In this document: in pieces, positions 1-11,906 of the stretch
How the letters are laid out: every line of letters starts with the position of its first letter
Numbering within the stretch: position 1 is the stretch's first letter
Source of the DNA: an uncultured delta proteobacterium
Lineage (GTDB): Bacteria; Desulfobacterota; Binatia; Binatales; Binataceae
Direction of reading: 5' to 3'
Length of the DNA stretch: 64,000 bases
Assembly: GCA_963711565.1 (NCBI GenBank)
Contig: CAVQEQ010000003.1
Span: forward strand, 928,001-992,000
Made by a program: the position numbers and the translations under genes
Notes under the pieces: generated by a model
What the model was told of the DNA's origin: nothing
What the model saw: only the letters and a program-made list of their open reading frames with translations
Databases searched by the model: none

Positions 1-705
1 GCCAATGCTCACGGGCGCACGTTCCGGGTCGGCACCGGTGAGCTGGCCGATTCGCTCGCGTTCGATTCGATTACGTCGATCAGCCGCGACCTGATCGACT
101 TTTTTTCCGCGCGCGAAAATCTGACGCTCGAGCTCAAGACCAAGACCGACGAGATTGAGAATCTTCTCGCGATGGATCCTCGCGGCCGCGTGCTCGTCTC
201 ATGGACGTTGTCGCCGGACGTGGTCTATCGAAGCTCGGAGCATCTGACTGCTTCGCCGGCGGCGCGAATCGCGGCCGCACGCGCCGTGCTCGACGCCGGC
301 TACCGCGTCGCGTTCCATTTCGATCCGCTGATCGCGTATCCCGATGCCGAGCGCGACTACCTGCTACTAATCGACGAGCTGCTCGACGTTGTTCCGCCGA
401 ATCAAATCTCGTTCATCAGCATGGGCGGCCTGCGGATGACGCCGCGACTGCGCGGCGCTGCGCGCGGCCGTTTTCCCAACGACCCGAAGCTGTGCGGCGA
501 GGACGTGCTCTCGGCCGACGGCCGCTTCCGCACCTTCACACCGCTGCGGTTGAGTCTTTACCGCACGCTGGCAGAACGTTTCAAAAAAGCCAGCGCAACA
601 ATCCCTGCCTACCTGTGCATGGAGCCCGCGAGCGTCCATGAGCACGTGTTTGGCGCGACGCCCGCGCGACCGGCTACAATCGGCGAGCGCCTCGCGCGCA
701 GTTAG
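1..705 (+). CDS. Spore photoproduct lyase (SplB)-like radical SAM protein, 5'-truncated by window edge
   Basis: Frame 1 is open from base 1: FRVGTGELADSLAFD...LELKTKT...VSWTLSP...FHFDPLI...YLCME. These motifs are typical of the C-terminal half of SplB-like proteins; the CxxxCxxC motif would lie upstream of the window. Confidence 0.75.
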   Translation, partial: ANAHGRTFRVGTGELADSLAFDSITSISRDLIDFFSARENLTLELKTKTDEIENLLAMDPRGRVLVSWTLSPDVVYRSSEHLTASPAARIAAARAVLDAGYRVAFHFDPLIAYPDAERDYLLLIDELLDVVPPNQISFISMGGLRMTPRLRGAARGRFPNDPKLCGEDVLSADGRFRTFTPLRLSLYRTLAERFKKASATIPAYLCMEPASVHEHVFGATPARPATIGERLARS

Positions 706-1578
706 ATGGCGACACGAAAAAAATTCGCCGCACGCCCGAACTCGATCGCCGCATCGAACGGAAATCTTCGCGGCGCGCGCGCGGCGATCGACCGGCCGAT
801 CGGCGTCTTCGATTCCGGCATCGGCGGACTCACCGTGCTGAAAGCGCTGACCGCCGCGCTGCCCGGCGAAGACTTTATCTACCTTGGCGATACCGCGCGG
901 CTGCCTTACGGCACGAAATCCAACGAGGTCATCGTCCGTTACTCGAAGGAGAACACCGGCTTCCTGCTAGCCAAGGGAATCAAGATGCTGGTGGTCGCAT
1001 GCAATACGTCCAGCGCGGTGGCGCTCGACGCGATCGCATCGGACACGATGGTGCCCGTGATCGGCGTGATCGAGCCGGGCGCACGCGCAGCGGCGAAGGC
1101 GTCGCGCAACGGCAAAATCGGCGTGATCGGCACCGAGGCGACGATCGCGTCGGGCGCGTACACGCGCGCGATCCAGCGGCTCAGCCCGCGCGCGGAAATC
1201 TACACGCGCGCATGCCCGCTGCTGGTGCCGCTGGCCGAGGAAGGATGGACCGACAACGCGGTCGCGGAACTGACCGTCGCGCACTATCTCGAGAGCCTCA
1301 AGCAGAGCGGCATCGATACCTTGCTGCTCGGATGCACGCATTACCCGCTGTTGCGCGAAATGTTCGTGCGAATTCTCGGACCGCGCGTGAAGATCGTGGA
1401 CTCCGCGACTGCTACTGCCACTGACGTGCGCGATCGGTTGCGAACGCTCAAACTCGCCCGGCGCACTGGCGACGGCAGTCAAAGTTTCTTCGTCACTGAG
1501 ACGCCAGACCGCTTCGTCCGCGTCGGCCGAAGATTCCTGGGTCCGCAGGTCGAGTCCGCAGTGAGGATCGAGCGGTAG
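706..1578 (+). CDS. murI: Glutamate racemase
   Basis: PIGVFDSGIGGLTV, VVACNTSS and LLGCTHYP catalytic motifs. Confidence 0.97.
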   Translation: MATRKKFAARPNSIAASNGNLRGARAAIDRPIGVFDSGIGGLTVLKALTAALPGEDFIYLGDTARLPYGTKSNEVIVRYSKENTGFLLAKGIKMLVVACNTSSAVALDAIASDTMVPVIGVIEPGARAAAKASRNGKIGVIGTEATIASGAYTRAIQRLSPRAEIYTRACPLLVPLAEEGWTDNAVAELTVAHYLESLKQSGIDTLLLGCTHYPLLREMFVRILGPRVKIVDSATATATDVRDRLRTLKLARRTGDGSQSFFVTETPDRFVRVGRRFLGPQVESAVRIER

Positions 1579-1583
1579 CCCTA

Positions 1584-1740
1584 GCCTCTCTCTATCAGGG
1601 AGAGGCCGCCGTGCGTCCGCGCGCGGCGGGTGAGGGTCCCGTTTAGAGAGATGTCCTTCCGCGCCTTTCCGGAACCAGGAATTTGGACCCTCACCCGACA
1701 CTAAAGGTCTCGCGTCGGCCTCTCCCTGATAGAGAGAGGC
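1584..1740. repeat. Nested inverted repeat, REP/MITE-like intergenic element
   Basis: GCCTCTCTCTATCAGGGAGAGGCCG (1584-1608) is the exact reverse complement of 1716-1740; inner IR CGGGTGAGGGTCC (1627-1639) pairs with GGACCCTCACCCG (1685-1697). Confidence 0.85.
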
Positions 1741-1880
1741 AAGATCGGTCCCATCATGCGCCCCGCTTCACCTCTCTCCTGTCCGGCGATTTCACGATAA
1801 GATGATTTCCAGCTAAACTTGCGGATCAGATCGCGCCCGGAACCTAACTTCAAACTTGCTGCAAAAATCGCTCATATAAG

Positions 1881-4559
<2,679 letters not shown>

Positions 4560-4578
4560 CGCGGCGATTCGCAATCAG

Positions 4579-5775
4579 ATGAAAGTCGCACTCGAACCCG
4601 CCAGCGTGCGCGGATTTCGATTCGCCGGCGTCAGCGCGGGATTGAAGACCAAGGCGGGCGCGCTCGATCTGGGAATCATCGCGGCAGATCGTCCGGCCTC
4701 CGCAGCCGCGGTGTTCAGCGCGAATCGCGTGAAGGCCGCGCCGGTTTACGTGACGGCGGACCGCGTCAAGTCGGGACGTCTCCAGGCGGTCGTCGCGAAC
4801 TCGGGATGCGCCAACAGCTTCACTGGCGAAGCGGGGATGCGGCTCGCGCGCGATTCATGCGCGCACGTCGCGCAGTTGCTGGAATGCGCGCCGGAGCTGG
4901 TCGTGCCATCATCGACCGGCGTGATCGGCCATCTTTACGATTTCGCGAAATTCAAAAGCGGCGCCGCCGATGCGGTCCGGTCGCTGCGTGAGGACGGGCT
5001 CTCTGATTTCGCGCACGCAATCATGACGACCGACACGCGCGCCAAGATCGCTTCGACTACCTTCAAGGCGGGCGGCGCGACGATCACGCTCGCAGGCGCG
5101 GTGAAAGGCGTCGGCATGATTTCGCCGAAGATGGCGACGATGCTCGGCTATCTGGTTACGGACGCGCTGATCGCTCCCACTCCCCTGAAAAAGTCGCTCA
5201 AAGCCGCGCTGCCGACGAGCTTCAACGCGATTACCGTCGATGGCGATATGTCGACCAACGACACGGTGATCATCATGGCGAGCGGCGCCGCGGGAAATCG
5301 CGCGTTCGGCGCGCGCGATCAGGTCGTGTTCGATCGCGCGGTCGAGGAAATTTCGGCGGCACTCGCGCGCGAACTCGTCCGCGACGGCGAAGGGGCGACC
5401 AAGCTCGTCACCGTCGAGGTGCGCGGCGCTCGAACAGTTGCCGACGCCGGGCGCGCGGCTCGGCAGATCGCGAACTCGCCGCTGGTAAAGACTGCGTTCT
5501 TCGGATGCGATCCCAACGTCGGTCGAATCCTGATGGCGGCCGGATCGTCTGGCGCGCTCGTCGAATCCGACAAGCTGGTACTGTGGATCGGCGGGGTGAA
5601 GGTCGCCGCGCACGGCCGCCTGCTGACTGAGGCGCTCGCGGATGCGGGGACTGCGATGAGGTCGCGCGAATTCCAAGTGCGGCTCGATCTACGATTGGGA
5701 AAATCGACCGCCACGATTCTGACTTGCGACCTGAGTTACGATTACGTGCGAATCAACGCGGAGTACACGACCTGA
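4579..5775 (+). CDS. argJ: Bifunctional ornithine acetyltransferase/N-acetylglutamate synthase
   Basis: NSGCAN, IMTTDT, KGVGMISPKMATML autocleavage site, DGEGATK, and C-terminal YVRINAEYTT. Confidence 0.97.
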   Translation: MKVALEPASVRGFRFAGVSAGLKTKAGALDLGIIAADRPASAAAVFSANRVKAAPVYVTADRVKSGRLQAVVANSGCANSFTGEAGMRLARDSCAHVAQLLECAPELVVPSSTGVIGHLYDFAKFKSGAADAVRSLREDGLSDFAHAIMTTDTRAKIASTTFKAGGATITLAGAVKGVGMISPKMATMLGYLVTDALIAPTPLKKSLKAALPTSFNAITVDGDMSTNDTVIIMASGAAGNRAFGARDQVVFDRAVEEISAALARELVRDGEGATKLVTVEVRGARTVADAGRAARQIANSPLVKTAFFGCDPNVGRILMAAGSSGALVESDKLVLWIGGVKVAAHGRLLTEALADAGTAMRSREFQVRLDLRLGKSTATILTCDLSYDYVRINAEYTT

Positions 5776-5791
5776 GCGGAGGGGATTCTCC

Positions 5792-6097
5792 ATGGCGAGC
5801 TTCATCAAAGTTGCGAAGGTGGCGGACGTGCCCGAGGGCAGCGGCAAGCTCGTCGAAGCCGGCGGCAAACAGATCGCGCTGTTCAATGCGGGCGGGAAAT
5901 TCTTCGCGATCGACAACACCTGCAAGCATCGCGGCGGCCCGCTGGCCGAGGGCGACCTCGACGGCACCACCATCACGTGCCCGTGGCACGGATGGGAGTA
6001 CGACATCACGACGGGCGCGAACCTCGACGACGCCAGCATCAAGCTGGGATGTTACCCGGTGAAGGCCGACGGCGACGACATTTTGATTGAAGCGTGA
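5792..6097 (+). CDS. Rieske [2Fe-2S] ferredoxin
   Basis: CKH...CPWHG Rieske ligands; 101 aa. Confidence 0.93.
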   Translation: MASFIKVAKVADVPEGSGKLVEAGGKQIALFNAGGKFFAIDNTCKHRGGPLAEGDLDGTTITCPWHGWEYDITTGANLDDASIKLGCYPVKADGDDILIEA

Positions 6098-6115
6098 CGC
6101 GCGCGCAGCAAGGAT

Positions 6116-6838
6116 TCAGCGCGCGGCAAACATGCGGCCCGCGACGTAAGTCGCGCCGGCGGCTGCTACTCCAACCAACATGCTTTCGAGTCCGCTGCGC
6201 CACCACGAGCGGCTGGTGATGATCGTCTTCAGCGCGCCGACTGCGAACAGCACCACGATGGTCGAGACGGCGGACACGCTCAGCGCGCGGCCCGGCTCAA
6301 AAAAGATGTACGCCCACACCGGCACCGCCGCGCCCGACAGATACGACAGCCCGACCGCAAACCCCGAGCGCACGGGACTTTCGAAGGACTCTTCGTTGAA
6401 GCCCAGCTCCTCGCGCATCATCACGTTGCTCCATCGGTCGGGGTCCGCCGTGATATGCGCAACGATCTGATCGAGCAACGGCCCCGCGAATCCCTTGTTT
6501 CGATAGATGCTGCTGATCTCTTCGCGCTCGCGCTCGGGCCATCGGCGGATTTCGTCGCGCTCGCGTTCCACTTCGCTTTGATAAAATTCGATCTGCGAGC
6601 GCGCCGAGATAAACGCCGCGAGTCCCATCGCGACCGCGCCTCCCAGCATCTCCGACAGTCCCGCCATCATCGCCGCGTTGCCGGTGACAAACGCGCCCGC
6701 GACGCCCGACGTGACTGCGAACGACGCGACCAGTCCGTCGTTCAGTCCGAGCATCACGTCGCGCACCCAGCTTCCGCCGGCGGCATGGACCTGCTCCGTG
6801 TGATGGTCGTAGTCGCGGCTGAAAATCGAAAAAGCCAC
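6116..6838 (-). CDS. VIT1/CCC1 family iron/manganese transporter
   Basis: VRDVMLGLNDGLV, GAVAMGL, EREREEI and MMREELG motifs. Confidence 0.92.
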   Translation of the reverse strand: MAFSIFSRDYDHHTEQVHAAGGSWVRDVMLGLNDGLVASFAVTSGVAGAFVTGNAAMMAGLSEMLGGAVAMGLAAFISARSQIEFYQSEVERERDEIRRWPEREREEISSIYRNKGFAGPLLDQIVAHITADPDRWSNVMMREELGFNEESFESPVRSGFAVGLSYLSGAAVPVWAYIFFEPGRALSVSAVSTIVVLFAVGALKTIITSRSWWRSGLESMLVGVAAAGATYVAGRMFAAR

Positions 6839-7662
6839 TACCGGGTTCCTCCGGCGAGCGGCGCGACGACCTGATCCGTGGCCGGCGCCGCGCGGCGCTT
6901 GCGGCGATCGATCGAATCGCGCGCCGCTTTGACCTCGGCAATCATCTTGCGCGCGGCCGCGCGGTCCGGCCGATGGCCGAGGTAGGAATAAAGAAAATCA
7001 AGCCGCGCCGCGCGGCAGAGAAATCGCCCGATGCTGCGATCGAGATGCACGAGGTTCAGAATTCTGCGATCCCACGAGACGTTCGCGACGCGGCGAAAAT
7101 CCTCGAGATCGATAAAGTACACTTTGAAGCCGCCGGCTTCGTTTTCCTCGACCATGATGTTGGTCTCTTGCAGGTCGCGCGTGTAGAGACCGGACTCGTG
7201 CAGGCGCCGAACTTGCGCGGCCACCGTGTCGGAAATCTGTTTGCGGCGATGCACGTTGCGTCCCTTGATTTCCCCCGGGCCCAGCATGAAGCGGCTCAGC
7301 GAGTCGGCATTGAGGAGCGCGCGGCTGACGAGATACGAGGCTCGAATCGCCCCCGCCTGGTACATATCCATCGCCGCTAGCGGCTCCGGATGCGCGAGGC
7401 CGTGCGCTTCGAGCATCGCGGCGCCGGCGAGCGATCGTGCGGCGCGCGATCCGCGGATTCGTGCGTAAACGCCGCGGAGCCATGACGCAACCTCGACGCG
7501 CTTGATGAACGCGGGCCCTGCGCCGGGCGCCTCGAGGAATCCCGCGCGCGTTCGCGCTTCAGACTTGAGCACGCGAAATTCCGGCGACGCCATCAACTCG
7601 TCGGCGCGCTCGACGACTGCGCGCCATTCCGCCGAGCGCGCATAGAGGACTACCGTGCGCAT
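6838..7662 (-). CDS. Lipopolysaccharide kinase (InaA/Kdo/WaaP family)
   Basis: RDLQETNIMV catalytic-loop-like segment and FIDLED motif. Confidence 0.75.
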   Translation of the reverse strand: MRTVVLYARSAEWRAVVERADELMASPEFRVLKSEARTRAGFLEAPGAGPAFIKRVEVASWLRGVYARIRGSRAARSLAGAAMLEAHGLAHPEPLAAMDMYQAGAIRASYLVSRALLNADSLSRFMLGPGEIKGRNVHRRKQISDTVAAQVRRLHESGLYTRDLQETNIMVEENEAGGFKVYFIDLEDFRRVANVSWDRRILNLVHLDRSIGRFLCRAARLDFLYSYLGHRPDRAAARKMIAEVKAARDSIDRRKRRAAPATDQVVAPLAGGTR

Positions 7663-7713
7663 GCGCGATCAAGCCTAGCTCTTTCGCGCGCCGAGGGCAT
7701 CGGGGGATATCGC

Positions 7714-7742
7714 GGGCGCGAGCCTCGCAGTCGCTCGCGCCC
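7714..7742 (-). terminator. Hairpin downstream of the cupredoxin gene (possible terminator)
   Basis: 10-bp stem GGGCGCGAGC/GCTCGCGCCC; no clear U-tract. Confidence 0.4.
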
Positions 7743-7754
7743 TTGACGATGCGG

Positions 7755-8189
7755 CTACTTCTTGGGTTCGACGATTAGCGAACCGCCGACATGTCCGGCG
7801 TGCAACTGACAAAAGAACGGGAACACTCCCGCCTTGTCGGCGACAAACGTGATCGTCTTGGGTTCGCCGCGCGTCACGACTTCGGTGATGTTGTATGCGG
7901 GAATCGTAAAGCCGTGCTGATTCTCGGCGCCCGGCACCAGATTTTTGAGCGTCAGTTTCACCTTGTCGCCCTGATCGACCGCGATCACGCTCGGCAGCCA
8001 GATCTTCGCACCATCCGCTTCGATCGAAACCATCGTGAAGCTCCGGGTGCCGGCCTCATCCGGCGCTGCCGCGGGAGCCGGCGCTGCGGGCGCTGCGCCT
8101 TGCGCCATCGCGATTCGGTTCGCGCCCGAAAACATGAACGCAGCCACGACCGCAATCGCGGCCATCGTTTTCAACATTGCCTTGGTCAT
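7755..8189 (-). CDS. Exported cupredoxin-domain protein, nitrosocyanin-like
   Basis: Signal peptide, Ala/Pro linker, then GDKVKLTLKN...HGFTI...FVADKAGVFPFFCQLHAGH. Confidence 0.85.
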   Translation of the reverse strand: MTKAMLKTMAAIAVVAAFMFSGANRIAMAQGAAPAAPAPAAAPDEAGTRSFTMVSIEADGAKIWLPSVIAVDQGDKVKLTLKNLVPGAENQHGFTIPAYNITEVVTRGEPKTITFVADKAGVFPFFCQLHAGHVGGSLIVEPKK

Positions 8190-8240
8190 CGGAAGTTTTC
8201 TCCTTGTTAGCAGACCAATGTATCACGACAACGGCGAAAC

Positions 8241-9260
8241 TCAGCCGTTGAATCGCTTCGCGAGTTTAGCCCATTCGGCATCGTCTGTCCCGGCGCGATA
8301 CGGAATATAGAAGGCGACGCGGTCGAGCAGTCCGTCGTAGCGCTCCTTCACCTTGTCCGCGATGTCGTCGAATGTGCCGGAGACCGTGTACACGTCGAGC
8401 ATCTCGTCGGTGATCTCTTTCGCCATCGCGACCCATTCGCCCCTGGCGGCCTTCTCGTTCAGCCGCTGCGCAACGTCGCCCCAACCGTGCATGTCGAGCA
8501 CGATTTTGTAGGTTCGCGTCGACGCGTAGAACGAGATCTGCTGCCGCACAGCTTCGCGCGTCTTTTTGATTTCGTCCTGGTTGCGGCCGACGATCACGAA
8601 CGCCGTCGATTGAATCTCGAAATCCTTGCGCGAGCGTCCCGCTTTCTTCAAACCCTTCTCGACGTTCGGCAGCACGTACTCGCGCAGGTACTTGGGCGAG
8701 TTGAAGGGATGCGCATGCAAGCCCTCGCACAGTTCGCCCGCCAACCGGATGATAAGTTCGTTCACGCCCGCGATGTGAATCGGCACGTTCGGGAAGTTGT
8801 GCCGCGCGGGCGTGAAGAACGGCGTCATCAGCGAGAAGTTGTAGTACTTGCCCTGGAACGAAAGCTTCGCGCCGCCCTCCGACCAGCATTTGAAGATCGC
8901 GCGCAGCGACTGAAGATACTCGCGCAGGCGCGGCACCGGCGCTTCCCATTTCGTGCTGTAGCGGCGCTCGATATGGCCCTTCACCTGAGTGCCGAGTCCG
9001 AGGACGAAGCGGCCCTCGGAAAGTCCCGCCAGATCCCACGCGGTCGCGGCGGTAATCATGGGGCTGCGCGGAAACGCAATCGCAACCGAGGTACCCATCT
9101 TGATTCGCTTCGTATGCTCCGCGATCAGTGCGGCCGGGAGGAAGCCGTCGTTGCCGGCCTCGGGAATCCAGATCGCATCGAATCCCGCGGCTTCGGCGGC
9201 GCGGGCGGCGGCAGGAACATCGCGCAGGTTGCGCGTCGAGAGACCGGTGTCGAGCTTCAT
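8241..9260 (-). CDS. LLM-class (probably F420-dependent, TIGR03617-like) oxidoreductase
   Basis: AIAFPRSPM, GRFVLGLGTQVKGHIERRY, SLMTPFF and QISFYASTRTY motifs. Confidence 0.85.
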   Translation of the reverse strand: MKLDTGLSTRNLRDVPAAARAAEAAGFDAIWIPEAGNDGFLPAALIAEHTKRIKMGTSVAIAFPRSPMITAATAWDLAGLSEGRFVLGLGTQVKGHIERRYSTKWEAPVPRLREYLQSLRAIFKCWSEGGAKLSFQGKYYNFSLMTPFFTPARHNFPNVPIHIAGVNELIIRLAGELCEGLHAHPFNSPKYLREYVLPNVEKGLKKAGRSRKDFEIQSTAFVIVGRNQDEIKKTREAVRQQISFYASTRTYKIVLDMHGWGDVAQRLNEKAARGEWVAMAKEITDEMLDVYTVSGTFDDIADKVKERYDGLLDRVAFYIPYRAGTDDAEWAKLAKRFNG

Positions 9261-9358
9261 GGTTTTCGCTCCCGTGTAAATTTTTCAACGAGCGTTGCAG
9301 AATCGTAACAAAGCCCGCGGCAAACTGGCAAAGCCGGCAACCGACGGAAAAGAACGCG

Positions 9359-10174
9359 TCAGCGCCGCGAGGCCGCGCGTTTGCGGATCACCTCGAGCAC
9401 GCGAGCGGGGTAGTCGCTGATCAATCCGTTGACGCCCATGTCGAGCAGTTCCGACATCTCGGCTTCCTCGTTCACCGTCCAGACGTGCACTTCGACTCCG
9501 ACGCGATGGGCGAACTCGATACTCTCGGGCGTGACGAGTTGCCACGATTCATAGCTGCGCGGGATTTGAACCGCGGCGGCGGGCGGACGATAGCCGGCAT
9601 CGCGGGTTCCCATCGCATTGATGAACATTCCGGATTCCAGGTACGAAAAGTTGGTCGGAATCTCCGGCGCCAGCCTTCGCACTTCATCGAGCGGTTGCTG
9701 ATGCTCACTGGCAATGAGGACACTGCGGCGCATCCCGGCGCGATCGATCACGTCGAGCATCGGCGCTACCACGCTCGGCTCTACTTGCTTGATCTCCATC
9801 TCGATCCGCATGTTTGGAAAAGCCGCGAGCACTTCCGCCAAACGCGGCACCCGAATGCCTTTGCCCCTGAATGGACATGTCGCGCCGTCGAGCGTGAACG
9901 TCCGGCCCGCATCGGCGGCCGCGACCTCCGCATATGTCATCTCGCGGATGACACCGGCGCGACCGCAAGTGCGCTCCAGATGGTCGTCGTGACTAACGAC
10001 GATTTCGCCGTCGCGCGTCATATGAACGTCGCAATCTAGGTACTGAATGCCAAGCGCGGCGGCGGCGCGAAATCCTTCGAGGGTATTCTCGGGGTGCGTA
10101 CCTGCGGAGCCGCGATGCCCGAAGGCGCGCGGAATTGCGGGCGTGAAAAAGCCGATATTGGGATGCTCGCGCAT
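9359..10174 (-). CDS. Glycerophosphodiester phosphodiesterase family protein
   Basis: FGHRG...PENT, TRDGEIVVSHD, VHVWTVN, GLISDYP. Confidence 0.92.
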   Translation of the reverse strand: MREHPNIGFFTPAIPRAFGHRGSAGTHPENTLEGFRAAAALGIQYLDCDVHMTRDGEIVVSHDDHLERTCGRAGVIREMTYAEVAAADAGRTFTLDGATCPFRGKGIRVPRLAEVLAAFPNMRIEMEIKQVEPSVVAPMLDVIDRAGMRRSVLIASEHQQPLDEVRRLAPEIPTNFSYLESGMFINAMGTRDAGYRPPAAAVQIPRSYESWQLVTPESIEFAHRVGVEVHVWTVNEEAEMSELLDMGVNGLISDYPARVLEVIRKRAASRR

Positions 10175-10268
10175 TTCAGATGCGACGCGTCGCGATCTCA
10201 GCACTAACCGGGAAGCTGCGAACTAGCAATGGCGGAAAGGCTTGGCGCGGAACGGCGAGACGTTCAAA

Positions 10269-11730
10269 TCAAAGAGCGCTGTCGGATGCGGAGGTCTCGA
10301 GGCGGCTGCTGGTGATTCCGCGCAGATGCCTGACTGTCCCCAGGGTATGACCCAGCGTCACGTGGTACATGTCGCCGAACTTGGAGATCGCCGGCTTGCG
10401 CTCACCGCTGGCGATGAAGTGGCTGCCGAGATCGGGCAGCTCAGCCAGCGCGGACTGGTACTGATCTTTAATCTCGTCGAATATCGCCCTCATCCGCGGC
10501 GACACCTGGTGATTCTCGCCGAGGTGCTCGGTCAGAGGATTCACCCAGGCGCCGTCTTTCTCCATCGCAAAGTGCAGATGCGGCCCGGTCGAGAGGCCGG
10601 TCGAACCGACATTTCCAATCAGCTGCCCCATGTGAACGTAGCTGCCCGGTTTCACGTCGGGACTAATCTTCGACAGATGACCATAGATGCTGACCATCTC
10701 ATGCTGATGCTGGATGCGTATACAGTTGCCCAGCTCGCCCTGCCATCCCGCGCTGATGACGGTGCCGTCGGCGACCGATTTGACCGGCTCGCCGTACTTG
10801 GCGACCAGATCGACACCCACATGCGGACGGTACTCGTGCAAAATCGGATGATAGCGATGGAAGGTGAAGCCGGACGATATGTACTCGAAATTTAGCGGGA
10901 ACTTGAGCGACTGCGGACCAAGCGCGTGGCCTTGTTCATCATATAGATGAGGTTGGCCGTGCTCGTCCGCGAACGAGATTGCGGTCAGCGTTCGGCTGCC
11001 AAAGCGGATTTGCGCCGCCTGCACGTCGCCAACCAGCGTATACGAGCCGTCGCGGCTGACCTTCTCCTGGTAAATTAGCTTGACTGCGGATCCTGGCTTG
11101 AGCCGGTTAAGATCGTGGCGGTCCGAGAACGCATCCTGCAGCGAGTTGAACAATCGGCTTGGGGATGCCGTGCTCGGCGGCTGCGTGCTGGAAGTTGTCC
11201 TTGACCGCAAACGTCATCTTTATCGGGCGAATGTAATACTCGATTGGCCTAATAGCGGCCTTGAGCACGCCGGCGCCGAGGCTCGCCCCGATAACCGTGG
11301 AGTTTTCGTCGAGATCGTACTTGATGCCGCGCATCTCGCCGGTCTCGGGATCCTTATATAGCGTCAGCGGATGCCCGCTTTCAAAATAGCGGTTCGCGAT
11401 GATGCGCTGGATGTACGAGGCCCACTGACGCGCTTCGCTCGGTCCCATCCCTGCTTCGCGAAGATAGCTTTCGATTGGCGCGGTGCGTTCGAGCGTCGTG
11501 CTGATTGTGATTGAGGGAGCAGCGGGTTGGGCCGACTCGGGCTGTTCGACTACCTCAGGACCGTCCGTGCCAGCGTCAATCTCGGAGCTGAGGGTATCGA
11601 GCGGCGATGAAATAGTCTTCGGATTTGCTTGGAAAAAAAGAAACAGCGCGGTGGAAGTCGCGATCAAAGCCACGACCATCCCGATCAACGCGCGTGGATA
11701 TCCCACGAAGCTTCTCCCCCGAGCCGCCAT
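10269..11730 (-). pseudogene. M23 family peptidoglycan endopeptidase (MepM-like), split by a 1-nt frameshift near 11150
   Basis: N-terminal membrane-anchored ORF 11107-11730 continues (…IPKPIV|NSLQDAF…) into ORF 10269-11210, which carries HVGVD, YGHL and STGPHLHF M23 motifs. Removing one T restores a single frame; may be a sequencing error. Confidence 0.8.
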
Positions 11731-11745
11731 CGCTAGAAACGCTAG

Positions 11746-11833
11746 GCGATTCGGTTACCCAACGCAACCCCAATGTGTCCCAGGTTTGCAATCCGGTTAC
11801 GTCGGGGACACGAATCCACGCAACTCCGGTTAC
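11746..11833 (-). promoter_or_regulatory. Three imperfect direct repeats plus a hairpin in the M23 gene leader
   Basis: GCGATTCGGTTAC (11746), GCAATCCGGTTAC (11788), GCAACTCCGGTTAC (11820); the middle copy is enclosed by the stem GTGTCCC/GGGACAC (11775-11811). Confidence 0.45.
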
Positions 11834-11906
11834 AGAAGGCACAGTTGAACCTACGCGCAGATAACATGTGGATCATTATTGTGAAGGAGAGCGTTCGTGA
11901 AATTCG

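Noticed and set aside
11735-11860. c-di-AMP or c-di-GMP riboswitch upstream of the M23 gene
   Set aside because: Consensus elements could not be matched by eye; kept only as an unassigned motif
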